A stretch of 64,000 bases of DNA, from NCBI GenBank assembly GCA_002499905.1, contig DANP01000020.1, positions 186,054-250,053 on the forward strand, read 5' to 3'. Below the pieces are notes generated by a model. It was not told where the DNA came from. It made no database searches and saw nothing but the letters and a program-made list of their open reading frames with translations. Below, one piece after another: positions 39,063 to 48,691 of this stretch. This DNA is from Methanolinea sp. UBA277 (GTDB taxonomy: Archaea; Halobacteriota; Methanomicrobia; Methanomicrobiales; Methanospirillaceae). The position numbers and the translations under genes were made by a program. How positions within the stretch are numbered: position 1 is the stretch's first letter; each line of letters opens with the position of its first letter.

Positions 39063-40034
39063 ATGACCAAAGGACCCCTGGAACTTGAAGATCTCCCCGG
39101 AGTCGGCCCCACGACCGCAGAGAAGCTCCGCGAGGCCGGGTTCGTCACCGTGGAGAGCATTGCCACCGCCTCTCCCGCCGAACTTGCAGAGACCGCGGAG
39201 ATTGGAGAATCTGTTGCAAAGAAGATGATCAAATCCGCCCGCGAACTGGTCGATATCGGAGGGTTCAGGACCGGGAAGGATGTATTTGAGCAGCGGAAGG
39301 AGATCCGGAAGCTCAAAACCCTGGTCCCGGAGCTCGATGACCTGCTGGGCGGCGGGATGGAGACCCAGGCCATCACCGAACTGTACGGCGAGTTCGGTTC
39401 AGGGAAGAGTCAGATCGTCCACCAGATGGCGGTCAACGTCCAGCTCCCCGAAGAGGCGGGAGGGCTGAACGGGAGTGCCATCTACATCGATACCGAGAAC
39501 ACCTTCCGGCCTGAGCGTATCGAGCAGATGGTCATCGGCCTCGGGATCGATGCCGACCCGCAGGACTTCCTCGAGAACATCCATGTGGCCAGAGCCCACA
39601 CCTCCGACCACCAGATGCTGATGGTGGAGACGGCACGGGAACGGGCTGCAGAGCTCAAAACCACCGACAGACCGGTCAAGCTCTTTGTCATCGACTCGCT
39701 CACCTCGCACTTCAGGGCCGAGTATGCCGGGCGGGGGACCCTTGCCACACGCCAGCAGAAGCTGAACCGCCACCTCCACGATCTCTTCAAGCTGTGCGAT
39801 GAGAACAATGCGGTCGGGCTGGTCACCAACCAGGTGCTCTCCAACCCGGCGGTTTTCTTCGGCGACCCCACCAAGCCCATCGGGGGGAACATCGTCGGCC
39901 ATACCGCAACGTTCCGCATCTACCTGCGAAAGAGCAAAGGCGGTAAACGGATCGCACGCCTCGTGGACAGCCCGAACCTCCCTGAGGGCGAGGCACCATT
40001 CATGGTGGAGGAGGCAGGACTCAAATCGTGCTGA
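39063..40034 (+). CDS. radA: DNA repair and recombination protein RadA
   Basis: The ATG at 39063 gives '[22 protein letters not shown]' (HhH). Walker A 'GEFGSGKSQ' and Walker B 'LFVIDS'. The 270-nt upstream extension in the track ORF does not look coding. Confidence 0.96.
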   Translation: MTKGPLELEDLPGVGPTTAEKLREAGFVTVESIATASPAELAETAEIGESVAKKMIKSARELVDIGGFRTGKDVFEQRKEIRKLKTLVPELDDLLGGGMETQAITELYGEFGSGKSQIVHQMAVNVQLPEEAGGLNGSAIYIDTENTFRPERIEQMVIGLGIDADPQDFLENIHVARAHTSDHQMLMVETARERAAELKTTDRPVKLFVIDSLTSHFRAEYAGRGTLATRQQKLNRHLHDLFKLCDENNAVGLVTNQVLSNPAVFFGDPTKPIGGNIVGHTATFRIYLRKSKGGKRIARLVDSPNLPEGEAPFMVEEAGLKSC

Positions 40035-40726
40035 AGGGGCTTGTCACCGATATCGATGGAACGATAACCGATCGGCACCGGAGGATCCATACCGGTGCCA
40101 TCTCTGCTCTCCGGGTGTTGTGCGACCACGGGGTTGAAGTGGTGCTTGCCAGTGGCAACACCTCCTGTTTTATGGATGCCGTCTCACGGATGATCGGCAC
40201 TCAGGGGAACTTCATTGCCGAGAACGGCGGTGTCTGGCGGGCAGGGTACACCGGGGAACTGCGCATCCTCGGTGACCAGTCCGTGGTCAGGGATGCGCTC
40301 GATGCCGTTGTCGCTTTCTACCGGGAGAATGGCGTCACCCTTGATATGTACAGCCCCACCTACCGGTTTGCCGACCGTGCCTTCGCCCGGACCGTTTCTC
40401 CCGATGAGGTCCGGGATATCGTCCGGGATCTTCCGGTGGAGGTCATCGACACCGGGTTCGCCATCCACATCCAGGCCCGCGGGATCAGCAAAGGCTTCGC
40501 TTTTCTCTCGCTGGCCGCTGAACTCGGGCTCGATCCGTCAGATTTTCTCTCGGTCGGGGATGCCGAGAACGATATGGACCTGCTGAAATTTGCGGGCGTC
40601 GGCGTGGCAGTCCGGAATGCCCCTGAGAAATTAGCCGCAGCCGCCACGTGGGTGTCGGAAAAGAAGTATGGCGAAGGGTTTATTGAAGCCCTCGAACGGT
40701 ATATGCCCTATTTCCTGGAGAGATAG
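40028..40726 (+). CDS. phosphoglycolate phosphatase-type HAD hydrolase (Cof/SPP subfamily)
   Basis: GTG start overlapping the radA stop. Motif I '[10 protein letters not shown]' and motif IV '[13 protein letters not shown]'. Confidence 0.85.
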   Translation: MLKGLVTDIDGTITDRHRRIHTGAISALRVLCDHGVEVVLASGNTSCFMDAVSRMIGTQGNFIAENGGVWRAGYTGELRILGDQSVVRDALDAVVAFYRENGVTLDMYSPTYRFADRAFARTVSPDEVRDIVRDLPVEVIDTGFAIHIQARGISKGFAFLSLAAELGLDPSDFLSVGDAENDMDLLKFAGVGVAVRNAPEKLAAAATWVSEKKYGEGFIEALERYMPYFLER

Positions 40727-40959
40727 CGGTCCACGATGATATAGTCCTTGATGTCCTTGACCGCCTCGAAGGGGATGAACAGGCGGTCCCCCTCAACCCG
40801 GTATCCGGTGGTATCGAACGCGGGATCGGGGTAGACGATCAGGTCCACCACCTGCCCGGTATTGAAGTCGACGACGAGGTTTTTGAGGGTCCCGATCATC
40901 TTCCCTTCATTGGTGACGATCTTCTTCTTGGAAAGGCTGCGGGCTAACACTCTGGCCAT
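40708..40959 (-). CDS. PRC-barrel domain protein
   Basis: 83 aa. 'KKIVTNEGKMIGTLKNLVVDFNTGQVVDLIV..' fits the PRC-barrel pattern. Confidence 0.8.
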   Translation of the reverse strand: MARVLARSLSKKKIVTNEGKMIGTLKNLVVDFNTGQVVDLIVYPDPAFDTTGYRVEGDRLFIPFEAVKDIKDYIIVDRYLSRK

Positions 40960-41140
40960 AAGAGAACTGTTGAGCTATTAATATTTAAATATGTTCAAAA
41001 ACGTGCGGATGGATTGCAGTTCACTGAACCGGGCCGGAATTGGTGAGAAATGGCCCCACCGCTGGACCTTCGTGCCTTCTTTTCCCTCACCCGGAACAGG
41101 CAGGTATTGCCGGGCACCTGTCCGGCACCACGGGATCGCG

Positions 41141-42019
41141 TCAGAGCGAGGGAAACTGCCTGATGATATCGGACTGGCTCAGGATTCCCACCGGCTGCTC
41201 ACCCTCCATAACCACCAGCCTCCCGATCTCCCGCTCCTTGAACCGGCGGATCACCTCAAAGAGGTGAACGGTTGAGGGGGCTTTCTCGACATCGGTGGTC
41301 ATGATGGAGGAGACCTTTTCGGTGAGGGGTTTTTCCTCACCGATGGCCTTGGCGATATCGCTCATGGTCACGATGCCGGTGAGAATCTTCCCGTTCATCA
41401 CCGGGGCTCCATGGATGTGGTGCTGATTGAAGAGACGGATAGCATCGATCAGGGTATCGGTATCCCGGAGGGTGATGAGGGGGCTGCTCATGTAGTACCT
41501 GATCTGCTTCTTGGGCAGTGAGATCATCTCGTAGGTAGAGATGAGGAGCGTCTGGGAGACCTCGTCCTTCCCGTATACCTCCCCCCGGATGAGGAGCCGG
41601 TTGACCGGTGTCGGGCCAATGGTGAGGTTGTCACCGATCTCAAAACCCCGCAGGCTCCCCATCACCCGCACGCTGGCCTGGCAGATGTCTGGATGGCAGA
41701 GTGTGGTAAAAGCAATCTCCACCACCTTTATTCCCTTGATGATCTCCCCCTCACGGGATATCGGCACATCATACTCACCTTCGGTGAGCCCGAGGTTCAG
41801 CTCCCGATAAGCCCGTGCCGTGGGATTGTACCCCCCCTTCGGGCCGGGAATGCCGTCCACCAGCCCGATGGCCTTGAGGGCCTGCATCTGGTTGCGGACT
41901 GTGCCCGGGTTCCTCCGGATGACCTCGGCAATCTCCTCCCCCTTGATGGGGTGGGAATGCTGATGGTAGAGGCTGATGAGCGTGATCAGGATATCCTTCT
42001 GGATGAGGGATAAATCCAT
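41141..42019 (-). CDS. wHTH + CBS-pair domain regulator-like protein
   Basis: N-terminal wHTH ('GEEIAEVIRRNPGTVRNQMQALKAIGLV') and a C-terminal tandem CBS pair ('MSSPLITL..', 'IMTTDVEKA..VVMEGEQPVGILSQSDI'). Confidence 0.8.
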   Translation of the reverse strand: MDLSLIQKDILITLISLYHQHSHPIKGEEIAEVIRRNPGTVRNQMQALKAIGLVDGIPGPKGGYNPTARAYRELNLGLTEGEYDVPISREGEIIKGIKVVEIAFTTLCHPDICQASVRVMGSLRGFEIGDNLTIGPTPVNRLLIRGEVYGKDEVSQTLLISTYEMISLPKKQIRYYMSSPLITLRDTDTLIDAIRLFNQHHIHGAPVMNGKILTGIVTMSDIAKAIGEEKPLTEKVSSIMTTDVEKAPSTVHLFEVIRRFKEREIGRLVVMEGEQPVGILSQSDIIRQFPSL

Positions 42020-42068
42020 AGTGGTTTATCATATGATTTTGCATATATATTGATTGGGTTGAATTCTG

Positions 42069-43025
42069 GTGGAGTTTGAAAAAATCCCCACGGTGCCGAC
42101 CGCCGATGAGATACTGGACCGGAGTTTCCGGCGTGCAGCATCGAAGATGAGGCTCAAACGGAACAAGGATCGGGCAAATGAAGAATTTGTCAGGGTGGTC
42201 AGCCAGGCTATTCATGACCGCCTCGTCCGTGTCATGCAGTCTTTTCCTGATTTTAACACTGTTCCTCCCTTCTACCGCGATATCGTAGATATCATGTGGG
42301 GGCTGGACCGGGTGAGGAAATCACTCGGCGCTGTCGGATGGGCAGCCCGGTGGGCGAGGACCCACGGGCCAGGGCTCGCCTACCAGACCAGGAGAGGCGA
42401 GGATACCGCTGTCTATCGCAAGCGGGCCGTTGCCCGCCTTTCCTCCGTTGTCCACCAGATCGATGACGACCTCCGCTTCCTCAATGAGATGCGAAACATC
42501 ATCCGGAAACTACCGCATGTCGCGGATGAATTCACCGTGGTGGTAGCCGGCTATCCCAATGTCGGGAAGTCTTCCTTCATACGCCTGGTCTCTTCGGCCG
42601 ACCCTGAAGTTGCCTCGTATCCTTTCACCACCAAGGGTATCATCGTTGGCCACCGGATGGCGGGGGATGAGCGGATGCAGTTTATCGATACCCCCGGCCT
42701 CCTTGATCGGCTCCCTGAGGAGCGGAACCCGATCGAGCGTCAGGCGCTGACCGCGATCATCAACCTCGCTGACGTCATCCTCTGCCTCCTCGACGCAAGC
42801 GAGCATTGCGGGTATCCCATCGAAGAACAGGTCAGGCTCCTCCACGAGATCGAGGGAATGGTCGATATTCCGGTGGTGGTGGTGGTAAACAAATCAGATC
42901 TCGTCTATTTTGACGGATACCTCAACATGTCGACCGAGACCGGAGAAGGAGTTACTGAAGTGATGGAGAACCTCCTCCACATCCGGGAGCGGTCACAGAA
43001 GGAAGGAGAGGCCGTACCCTGCTAG
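42069..43025 (+). CDS. NOG1-family GTP-binding protein
   Basis: GTG start. G1 'AGYPNVGKSS', G3 'DTPGLL' and G4 'NKSD'. The N-terminal helical domain is the NOG1 type. Confidence 0.88.
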   Translation: MEFEKIPTVPTADEILDRSFRRAASKMRLKRNKDRANEEFVRVVSQAIHDRLVRVMQSFPDFNTVPPFYRDIVDIMWGLDRVRKSLGAVGWAARWARTHGPGLAYQTRRGEDTAVYRKRAVARLSSVVHQIDDDLRFLNEMRNIIRKLPHVADEFTVVVAGYPNVGKSSFIRLVSSADPEVASYPFTTKGIIVGHRMAGDERMQFIDTPGLLDRLPEERNPIERQALTAIINLADVILCLLDASEHCGYPIEEQVRLLHEIEGMVDIPVVVVVNKSDLVYFDGYLNMSTETGEGVTEVMENLLHIRERSQKEGEAVPC

Positions 43026-43883
43026 GAAACCGAGGATGGCCCCGCCGTTGATTGGCGGGAGGCCGGCCTGCGGTTTCCCCTTCTGGACCACGGTCAGGAG
43101 CAGTGAGAGGCCGATAACCGACCCGATAATCGCACCGAGCGCTGGCAGGGTGATGAACCCGGCCAGCCGGGTGCTGTTCAGGAAGACGTTTGCCGATACC
43201 ACCAGGATCGAGGGCATGATCAGGTCACCCATGCCGATCACGAAGGCCGCCCGCTCACCGCTATCCAGATCCCCGATCCCCTCCCGCATGAAACTGTAGC
43301 CCCTCCGCTTGGGAACGATGAACAGGATAGGAGATTTTATATCGATCACCCCTTCGGCGAGAGTGATCATATGCCGGGTCTTGTACACCGAGATGGCGTC
43401 ATAGACCATCAGGAGGATCAGGAGGATGAGGACCGGGATGATGTTCAGGGATATTCCGAAGATGGAGGCTGCCCCGGCAGCAATGAGGATTCCCAGGGTA
43501 TCGATGATGAACCACTCGGGGTAGAGGTACAGGAGAGCGGTGGCGAGCAGGGAGAGCGCGAGGGTCGCTCCCAGCGTACCCGGGATCACGCCGAGGAAGT
43601 AGACGGTGATCCCGGCAAAGATATAGATGAAGGTGAAGAAGATGGAGACCGCGATGATGACCCCGATGAACTTCTTCCACCGGTACTTGATGAGCACGAG
43701 GAGAAACGCGGTGAAGACGAGGAGGATCGCGATGAAGATCAGGGGGTTTGCCACCGATTCCGGATCCTCGAATGCCGTGATTCCTGCGGTCTGCATGGGC
43801 AGGGAGAGGAGGAGCGCAATGACTTCCACCAGCACGAGCATGGCGGGGATAGTGATGAGAGGCAGGAGTCGTGACCAGTTCAT
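42993..43883 (-). CDS. presenilin / signal-peptide-peptidase family intramembrane aspartyl protease (PSH)
   Basis: 296 aa and polytopic. Catalytic 'VYDAISVY' (YD) and 'GMGDLIMP' (GxGD), plus 'LPALGA' (PAL). It closely resembles the M. marisnigri PSH sequence as I recall it. Confidence 0.92.
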   Translation of the reverse strand: MNWSRLLPLITIPAMLVLVEVIALLLSLPMQTAGITAFEDPESVANPLIFIAILLVFTAFLLVLIKYRWKKFIGVIIAVSIFFTFIYIFAGITVYFLGVIPGTLGATLALSLLATALLYLYPEWFIIDTLGILIAAGAASIFGISLNIIPVLILLILLMVYDAISVYKTRHMITLAEGVIDIKSPILFIVPKRRGYSFMREGIGDLDSGERAAFVIGMGDLIMPSILVVSANVFLNSTRLAGFITLPALGAIIGSVIGLSLLLTVVQKGKPQAGLPPINGGAILGFLAGYGLSFLL

Positions 43884-43940
43884 GAGAAAACCCCGGGAAT
43901 CACAGGTAACTTAATTACCCGGTCTTCATCATGTAAAAAC

Positions 43941-44255
43941 ATGGATATACGTGAGTATCTGGGGGATATAATACTCATTATCATTCTCGCGGCATCGACT
44001 TTGTGGCTCTTCTCACTGCTCATGGCAGACCAGGCCAGGACCATCGCAGCGATGCTCATCGTGCTCTCCCTCGCCGGCCTTCTCGTGATCGTCCACCACA
44101 AGATCCGTCTCATTGAGCGCAACATCACCAACCGTGAACGGATGATCCGGGTCAACCTTGAGGAGATCTCTGCCAAGATGGCGCAGCGGTATGACAGCAG
44201 CATCGCCCGTATCGAAGATGTCGTCGAAGAGGTCTCCCGAAAGGTATATCGGTAA
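43941..44255 (+). CDS. small membrane protein (2 TM + coiled-coil tail), unknown function
   Basis: 104 aa: 'LGDIILIIILAASTLWLFSLL', 'IAAMLIVLSLAGLLVIV', then a charged helical tail. Confidence 0.6.
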   Translation: MDIREYLGDIILIIILAASTLWLFSLLMADQARTIAAMLIVLSLAGLLVIVHHKIRLIERNITNRERMIRVNLEEISAKMAQRYDSSIARIEDVVEEVSRKVYR

Positions 44256-44279
44256 TCCTTCAGGGACGGTGATTTGGGA

Positions 44280-45281
44280 ATGGGTGTTGCACTGCGGGAC
44301 ATCATCGCCGAGTACAAGATACCGCTCTCCTGGGAGGCACTTGCCGGTGTTGCTGCTGTTGATGCACACAATGCACTCTACCAGTTCCTGAGCATCATCA
44401 GGCAGCCGGACGGCACCCCGCTCATGGATCGGGAGGGAAGGGTCACCTCCCACCTCTCGGGCATCCTCTTCCGGGCGGTCAATTTCATGGAGAAGGGAAT
44501 CCGGCCGGTCTGGGTCTTTGATGGCACACCACCTGAATTCAAGCAGGAGACCATTGAGCAGCGCCGCTCGGTCCGGGAACAGGCCCGGGAGCGGTGGCAG
44601 GAAGCACTTGAACGGGGAGAAGTGGAAGAGGCCGCCAAACACGCCCGGGCATCATCACGGATAGACTTTGAGGTCATTACAACCTCCAAGCGCCTGCTCA
44701 CCCTGCTCGGGCTCCCATACGTAGATGCCCCAAGCGAGGGGGAAGCCCAGGCAGCGGACATGGTCAGCAGGGGCGATGCCCGCTACGTGGCCTCACAGGA
44801 CTACGACACACTCCTCTTCGGAGCGCCGGTGCTTATGCGGAACCTCACCGTGAGCGGCCGGCGGAAGCTGCACGGAAGAACGATCTCAGTGAATCCAGAG
44901 CGGATAACCCTCGCGGAAGTCCTCTCAGGGCTTGGCATCTCCCGGGAAGACCTCATCCGGATCGGCATCCTGATCGGTACCGATTTCAATACCGGGGTGA
45001 AAGGGATCGGGGCCAAAACGGCGCTGAAAATTATCCGGAACGGCGAGTTCGACAAGGTGGCCGCGGAGAACCTCCCGGAGATCGATATTGAGGCGATCAT
45101 GCGATTCTTCCTCGATCCCCCGGTCACCGCGGACTATGCTCTTGCCTGGAGCGAGCCTGACCGGGAGGGGGTACTCTCGATGCTCTGCGACACCTATGAC
45201 TTCACACCTGACCGCGTGGAGAAGGCTCTCGATGGTCTCAAAGTGAAGGCCGGGCAGAAGACGCTCGACTCCTGGTTTTAA
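44280..45281 (+). CDS. fen: flap endonuclease 1
   Basis: The ATG at 44280 gives 'MGVALRDI'. Also 'AVDAHNALYQFL', 'VWVFDG', 'VDAPSEGEAQAA', 'SQDYDTLLFGAP' and the C-terminal PIP box 'QKTLDSWF'. Confidence 0.96.
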   Translation: MGVALRDIIAEYKIPLSWEALAGVAAVDAHNALYQFLSIIRQPDGTPLMDREGRVTSHLSGILFRAVNFMEKGIRPVWVFDGTPPEFKQETIEQRRSVREQARERWQEALERGEVEEAAKHARASSRIDFEVITTSKRLLTLLGLPYVDAPSEGEAQAADMVSRGDARYVASQDYDTLLFGAPVLMRNLTVSGRRKLHGRTISVNPERITLAEVLSGLGISREDLIRIGILIGTDFNTGVKGIGAKTALKIIRNGEFDKVAAENLPEIDIEAIMRFFLDPPVTADYALAWSEPDREGVLSMLCDTYDFTPDRVEKALDGLKVKAGQKTLDSWF

Positions 45282-45446
45282 AAAGGTTGTACGGGGCCAG
45301 ACGACCTCTGCTGCTGTCATCCCACGGGAGATGTCCCCTCTGGTGACCAGATACTCATCCCGCGGTCAGCTGCCGCCTGGGGCTCCCAATGGGAGAACGG
45401 CAATGACGAATACGCCGTATCCGAAGGTTTCTCCCGTATGGAACGA

Positions 45447-46055
45447 TCAGGCCTGCTCTTTCTTGATCTCCTTCCATACGAAGATAAAACGCTGGACCGC
45501 GGTCAAATGCCCTATAGTCCCGAAGATGACCAGGAGCCATCCGAGATACGGGAGGCCGTACACCCCCGCAGGGATCAAAATGTTCAGGATGCCCGCGATG
45601 ATCAGGAGGAAGAGCCGGTCCGCCCGTCCGAGAACCCCGCCGTAGTAGCGGCCGACCCCGATCGCCTGGGCCTGCGTGCCGAGGTAGGACACCATCAGGA
45701 CACCGGTCAGGGCGAATACGCCGATCGGCCAGGGGGCAAATCCTCCGGCAAAGATACCGGTGATGATGAAGATATCGGCATACCGGTCCACGACGTGGTC
45801 GAGAAAATCTCCTTTCCGGCTCTGGATATTCATGGCCCGTGCCACCGCCCCGTCCATCGAATCAAAGGCGGCATTGCACATGATGAAGAATGTCCCGAAC
45901 ACGACCTCCCCGTAGTAGAAGGCAATACCGGCAAAGAGCGCCACAAAGAAGGCAGCAACGGTGAATGCATCGGGAGTGAGCCCTATCCGTATGGATATAT
46001 CGACGAAGGGGCGGTAGATCCACTTGAGATGCGGGCGGAAGGTGTCAAGTGTCAT
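45447..46055 (-). CDS. CDP-alcohol phosphatidyltransferase (archaetidylinositol-phosphate/archaetidylserine synthase-like)
   Basis: Signature D-x2-DG-x2-AR-x8-G-x3-D-x3-D in 'DSMDGAVARAMNIQSRKGDFLDHVVDRYAD'. 202 aa, multi-TM. Confidence 0.88.
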   Translation of the reverse strand: MTLDTFRPHLKWIYRPFVDISIRIGLTPDAFTVAAFFVALFAGIAFYYGEVVFGTFFIMCNAAFDSMDGAVARAMNIQSRKGDFLDHVVDRYADIFIITGIFAGGFAPWPIGVFALTGVLMVSYLGTQAQAIGVGRYYGGVLGRADRLFLLIIAGILNILIPAGVYGLPYLGWLLVIFGTIGHLTAVQRFIFVWKEIKKEQA

Positions 46056-46564
46056 TCTATCATCCCGATAAACGAAGACCAGTCAAGGAAACCGGATTGT
46101 GGCGGGATCTCCCCCCGGAAAAACCGGCCCACCCGGTCACAGCACTCCTGGATAGTCTTATCTGTTGTATCCAGTTCATAAACCTGCTCAGGGGTGAAGA
46201 GCTCGAGGGTCTCGACCAGCACGACATCCAGGGCTTCGGCGAGCGCGTTCTCCCTGACCTTCTCTTCACCGTACCCGCGTCCCTCGAGCCGGGCAGCCAG
46301 GACATCGGGCCGGCACCGGAGCACCGCGACCCGGTTGCAGGGGAGGAGGTGGGCCAGGTGTCCTTCAACAATCCCGTCGAACGGGGCGAATTCGGCTGCC
46401 CACCGGTCTTCATCGATGACCGTGGTCTCCCGGAGTGGGTCCTTTTCAATCACATAGTCCCCGGTCGTTTCAGACAGGTGCAGCACCCGGAAGCCCTCCT
46501 CATGGAGCAACCGTGCGATCGAACTCTTCCCCGTACCCGGTGTGCCGGTAATGCCGAACATCAT
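46052..46564 (-). CDS. putative adenylate kinase (AK6/Fap7-like P-loop NTPase)
   Basis: The ATG at 46564 gives 'MMFGITGTPGTGKSS' (Walker A). About 170 aa. 4-nt overlaps with the hisC stop and with the downstream gene's start. Confidence 0.8.
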   Translation of the reverse strand: MMFGITGTPGTGKSSIARLLHEEGFRVLHLSETTGDYVIEKDPLRETTVIDEDRWAAEFAPFDGIVEGHLAHLLPCNRVAVLRCRPDVLAARLEGRGYGEEKVRENALAEALDVVLVETLELFTPEQVYELDTTDKTIQECCDRVGRFFRGEIPPQSGFLDWSSFIGMIE

Positions 46565-47667
46565 GCCCGGGACCTGCAGATTCCGGTGATCGCAGATAGG
46601 AACAGCTCGTTCTCCCACTCATCCCCCACGCTCACCCGGATATAGCGGTCCGGGAGTCCGGGAAAACTGGCACATGACCGGACGATCACACCCTTTTCTG
46701 CGAGGAGGCGTACCATCTCGTCCCCAGTAGCGGGTGCGGTATCAAACATCACGAAATTGGCACCCGACGGACAGGACGGCAGGGCGCATTCCTCCCTGAA
46801 ACGCTTCCTCCACTCCCGGACGTATGCCACATACCGCTCCATTCCCGCCCGGTCCTCCAGCGCTCCGGCCGCCGCACTTGCCGAGACGGTATTGAGGGTG
46901 AAGGGGGTTGCCGCCCGCTGATAGAACGGGACCAGCCAGCCGGGAACAACGGCATACCCCACCCGGGCACCGGCAAGGGCGAAGGCCTTCGACATCGTCC
47001 GGCCGATGACCAGGTTGTCAAACTCCTTCATCAGGGGCAGGTAATCAGAATCAGAGAATTCAACATAGGCGTTATCGAGGAAGAGAATCCCGCTGATCCC
47101 CGAGAGGATCTCCCTGACCTCTTCTGCCGGGGTGACCGTACCGGTGGGGTTGTTCGGGCTGCAGAGGAAGGAGACCTTCGCATCCCGCGCCTGGTCGATG
47201 AACAGGCCGGTGTTGACCGGGAAATCCGGTTCCCTCGGGATCTCCACCACCTCTGCTGCCTGGGCCAGGGCGGCGAGCCGGTAGAACGAGAAGGTTGGCA
47301 CCGAAACGGCAACCCGGTCTCCGGGACTCACCAGCGTCCGGATAACCGTTTCGATCACCCCGTCCATCCCGACACCGGTGACGAAGCAGTAGTCACCGTG
47401 GAACCGGGCGAGTGCTCCGGTGAGCGTTGCCATGCTCTCATCCGGGTAGCGGTTCGCTCCCTTCAGCGCTTCACACCCCTCCCTGACTGCCGCAGCGGAC
47501 GGGGGCCACGGGTTCTCGTTGCTCGCCAGCCGGGCAACCCGGGAGATGCCGTGCTGCCGGGCAATATCCTCTGCCTTCGCGGCAAAGACGTAGCCTCCGG
47601 AGCGGTACAGGTTCCGGGTCAGCCGGTCGTACCGGCTTCCGGCAGGATTCTTATCGTTTCCGGCCAT
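46561..47667 (-). CDS. hisC: histidinol-phosphate aminotransferase (class II aminotransferase)
   Basis: 'LASNENPW', 'RYPD' and PLP-Lys context 'RTMSKAFALAGARVGY'. A CobD-type decarboxylase cannot be excluded from the sequence alone. Confidence 0.8.
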   Translation of the reverse strand: MAGNDKNPAGSRYDRLTRNLYRSGGYVFAAKAEDIARQHGISRVARLASNENPWPPSAAAVREGCEALKGANRYPDESMATLTGALARFHGDYCFVTGVGMDGVIETVIRTLVSPGDRVAVSVPTFSFYRLAALAQAAEVVEIPREPDFPVNTGLFIDQARDAKVSFLCSPNNPTGTVTPAEEVREILSGISGILFLDNAYVEFSDSDYLPLMKEFDNLVIGRTMSKAFALAGARVGYAVVPGWLVPFYQRAATPFTLNTVSASAAAGALEDRAGMERYVAYVREWRKRFREECALPSCPSGANFVMFDTAPATGDEMVRLLAEKGVIVRSCASFPGLPDRYIRVSVGDEWENELFLSAITGICRSRA

Positions 47668-47781
47668 GTATGGCGTTCCGGAATAGTATGCTCATGGGAT
47701 CAGATAACTCCATTGCCGGAATCAGGGTATTGAGCATTTGCAGGGAGATATCTTTACACGGTTGCGCGACAACCCTGATGT

Positions 47782-48663
47782 ATGGCGGATCATAGCCCTG
47801 CATTATCGCTTTCACAGCTGATTGCCCTCATCATCTTCTCTCTCATCGTGCTGACAGGTCAGGCAGCCGGGGCTTCAGTCAGTTTCAATCAATCCCCGAT
47901 CAGTGTGATGCCGGGAGATGTAACAACAGTCGATCTCATCCTCGATACCGCGCCGGCCGGCATTTCAGGGTTTGCTATCAGAATCAGCATGGAGGATCCC
48001 TCCATCGGGGAGATCACAGCAGTGACGCTGCCCGGGTGGGCTGAACTCTCGGATATTGCCGGTGTTCCAGGACCGGAGGTCCGGATTATCGCCGTCGACC
48101 TGCAGGAGATGGTAGATAAGGGCGCGAGCGGAATTCTCCTGGCCACGCTCTCCGTGAAAGGGCTCTCTCCCGGGACAACGGAGATTCTCCTCATGGACCC
48201 TAAATTCGATGATGATGAAGATGGGAGGATTGTCCTGACTCTCTCCAATACCTCGTTCACCGTTACGACCGAGGTGTCTACCATCCCACCCACGACGAAT
48301 GCTACCGCCACAATCACGACGACCACCACCGCCACTGCAACGACCAGCAGCTCTGTTTTGACCGGCGGGTCCGGTGGCGCCGGGTCCGGTGGCGGTGGGT
48401 CCGGTGGCGGATCCTATTCCCCCGGCACCACTCCAATCCCTGGAATACCCGGCAATGAAACCAACGTCACCATCACGTCAGAACAAACCGGAATAGAGAC
48501 AGCAGAGGCCCCCGTATCAGCGACGACCCCTGCCGCTCCGTTCACCACCCTCCCTGAGACTGCGCCACCGGTAACCGGTAGTCAGGGCATTCCCTTCCTC
48601 ACGGTGCCGGGAATCCTGGTACTGATTGGTGCAATGGTTCTGCTGGGCCGCAAAAAGAGATAA
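47782..48663 (+). CDS. secreted cohesin-like domain protein with Thr-rich linker and C-terminal TM/basic sorting tail
   Basis: Signal peptide 'LIALIIFSLIVLTGQAAGA'. The beta-rich domain looks cohesin-like by pattern. It also has a poly-Thr run, a (GSGG)n stretch, NxT/S sequons, and the tail 'VPGILVLIGAMVLLGRKKR'. Confidence 0.8.
   Translation: MADHSPALSLSQLIALIIFSLIVLTGQAAGASVSFNQSPISVMPGDVTTVDLILDTAPAGISGFAIRISMEDPSIGEITAVTLPGWAELSDIAGVPGPEVRIIAVDLQEMVDKGASGILLATLSVKGLSPGTTEILLMDPKFDDDEDGRIVLTLSNTSFTVTTEVSTIPPTTNATATITTTTTATATTSSSVLTGGSGGAGSGGGGSGGGSYSPGTTPIPGIPGNETNVTITSEQTGIETAEAPVSATTPAAPFTTLPETAPPVTGSQGIPFLTVPGILVLIGAMVLLGRKKR
48367..48411 (+). repeat. 15-bp x3 tandem repeat (GGGTCCGGTGGCGnn) inside the surface-protein gene
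   Basis: Read directly: gggtccggtggcgcc / gggtccggtggcggt / gggtccggtggcgga. It encodes GSGGA-GSGGG-GSGGG. Confidence 0.9.
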
Positions 48664-48691
48664 TTCCGGGAAAACCCACATCCAGCTCTTT

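Noticed and set aside
48367-48411. The tandem repeat as a possible CRISPR or other repeat array.
   Set aside because: It has only three contiguous 15-bp units with no spacers, in frame within a coding low-complexity Gly/Ser linker. I saw no CRISPR-like repeat-spacer pattern anywhere in the window.
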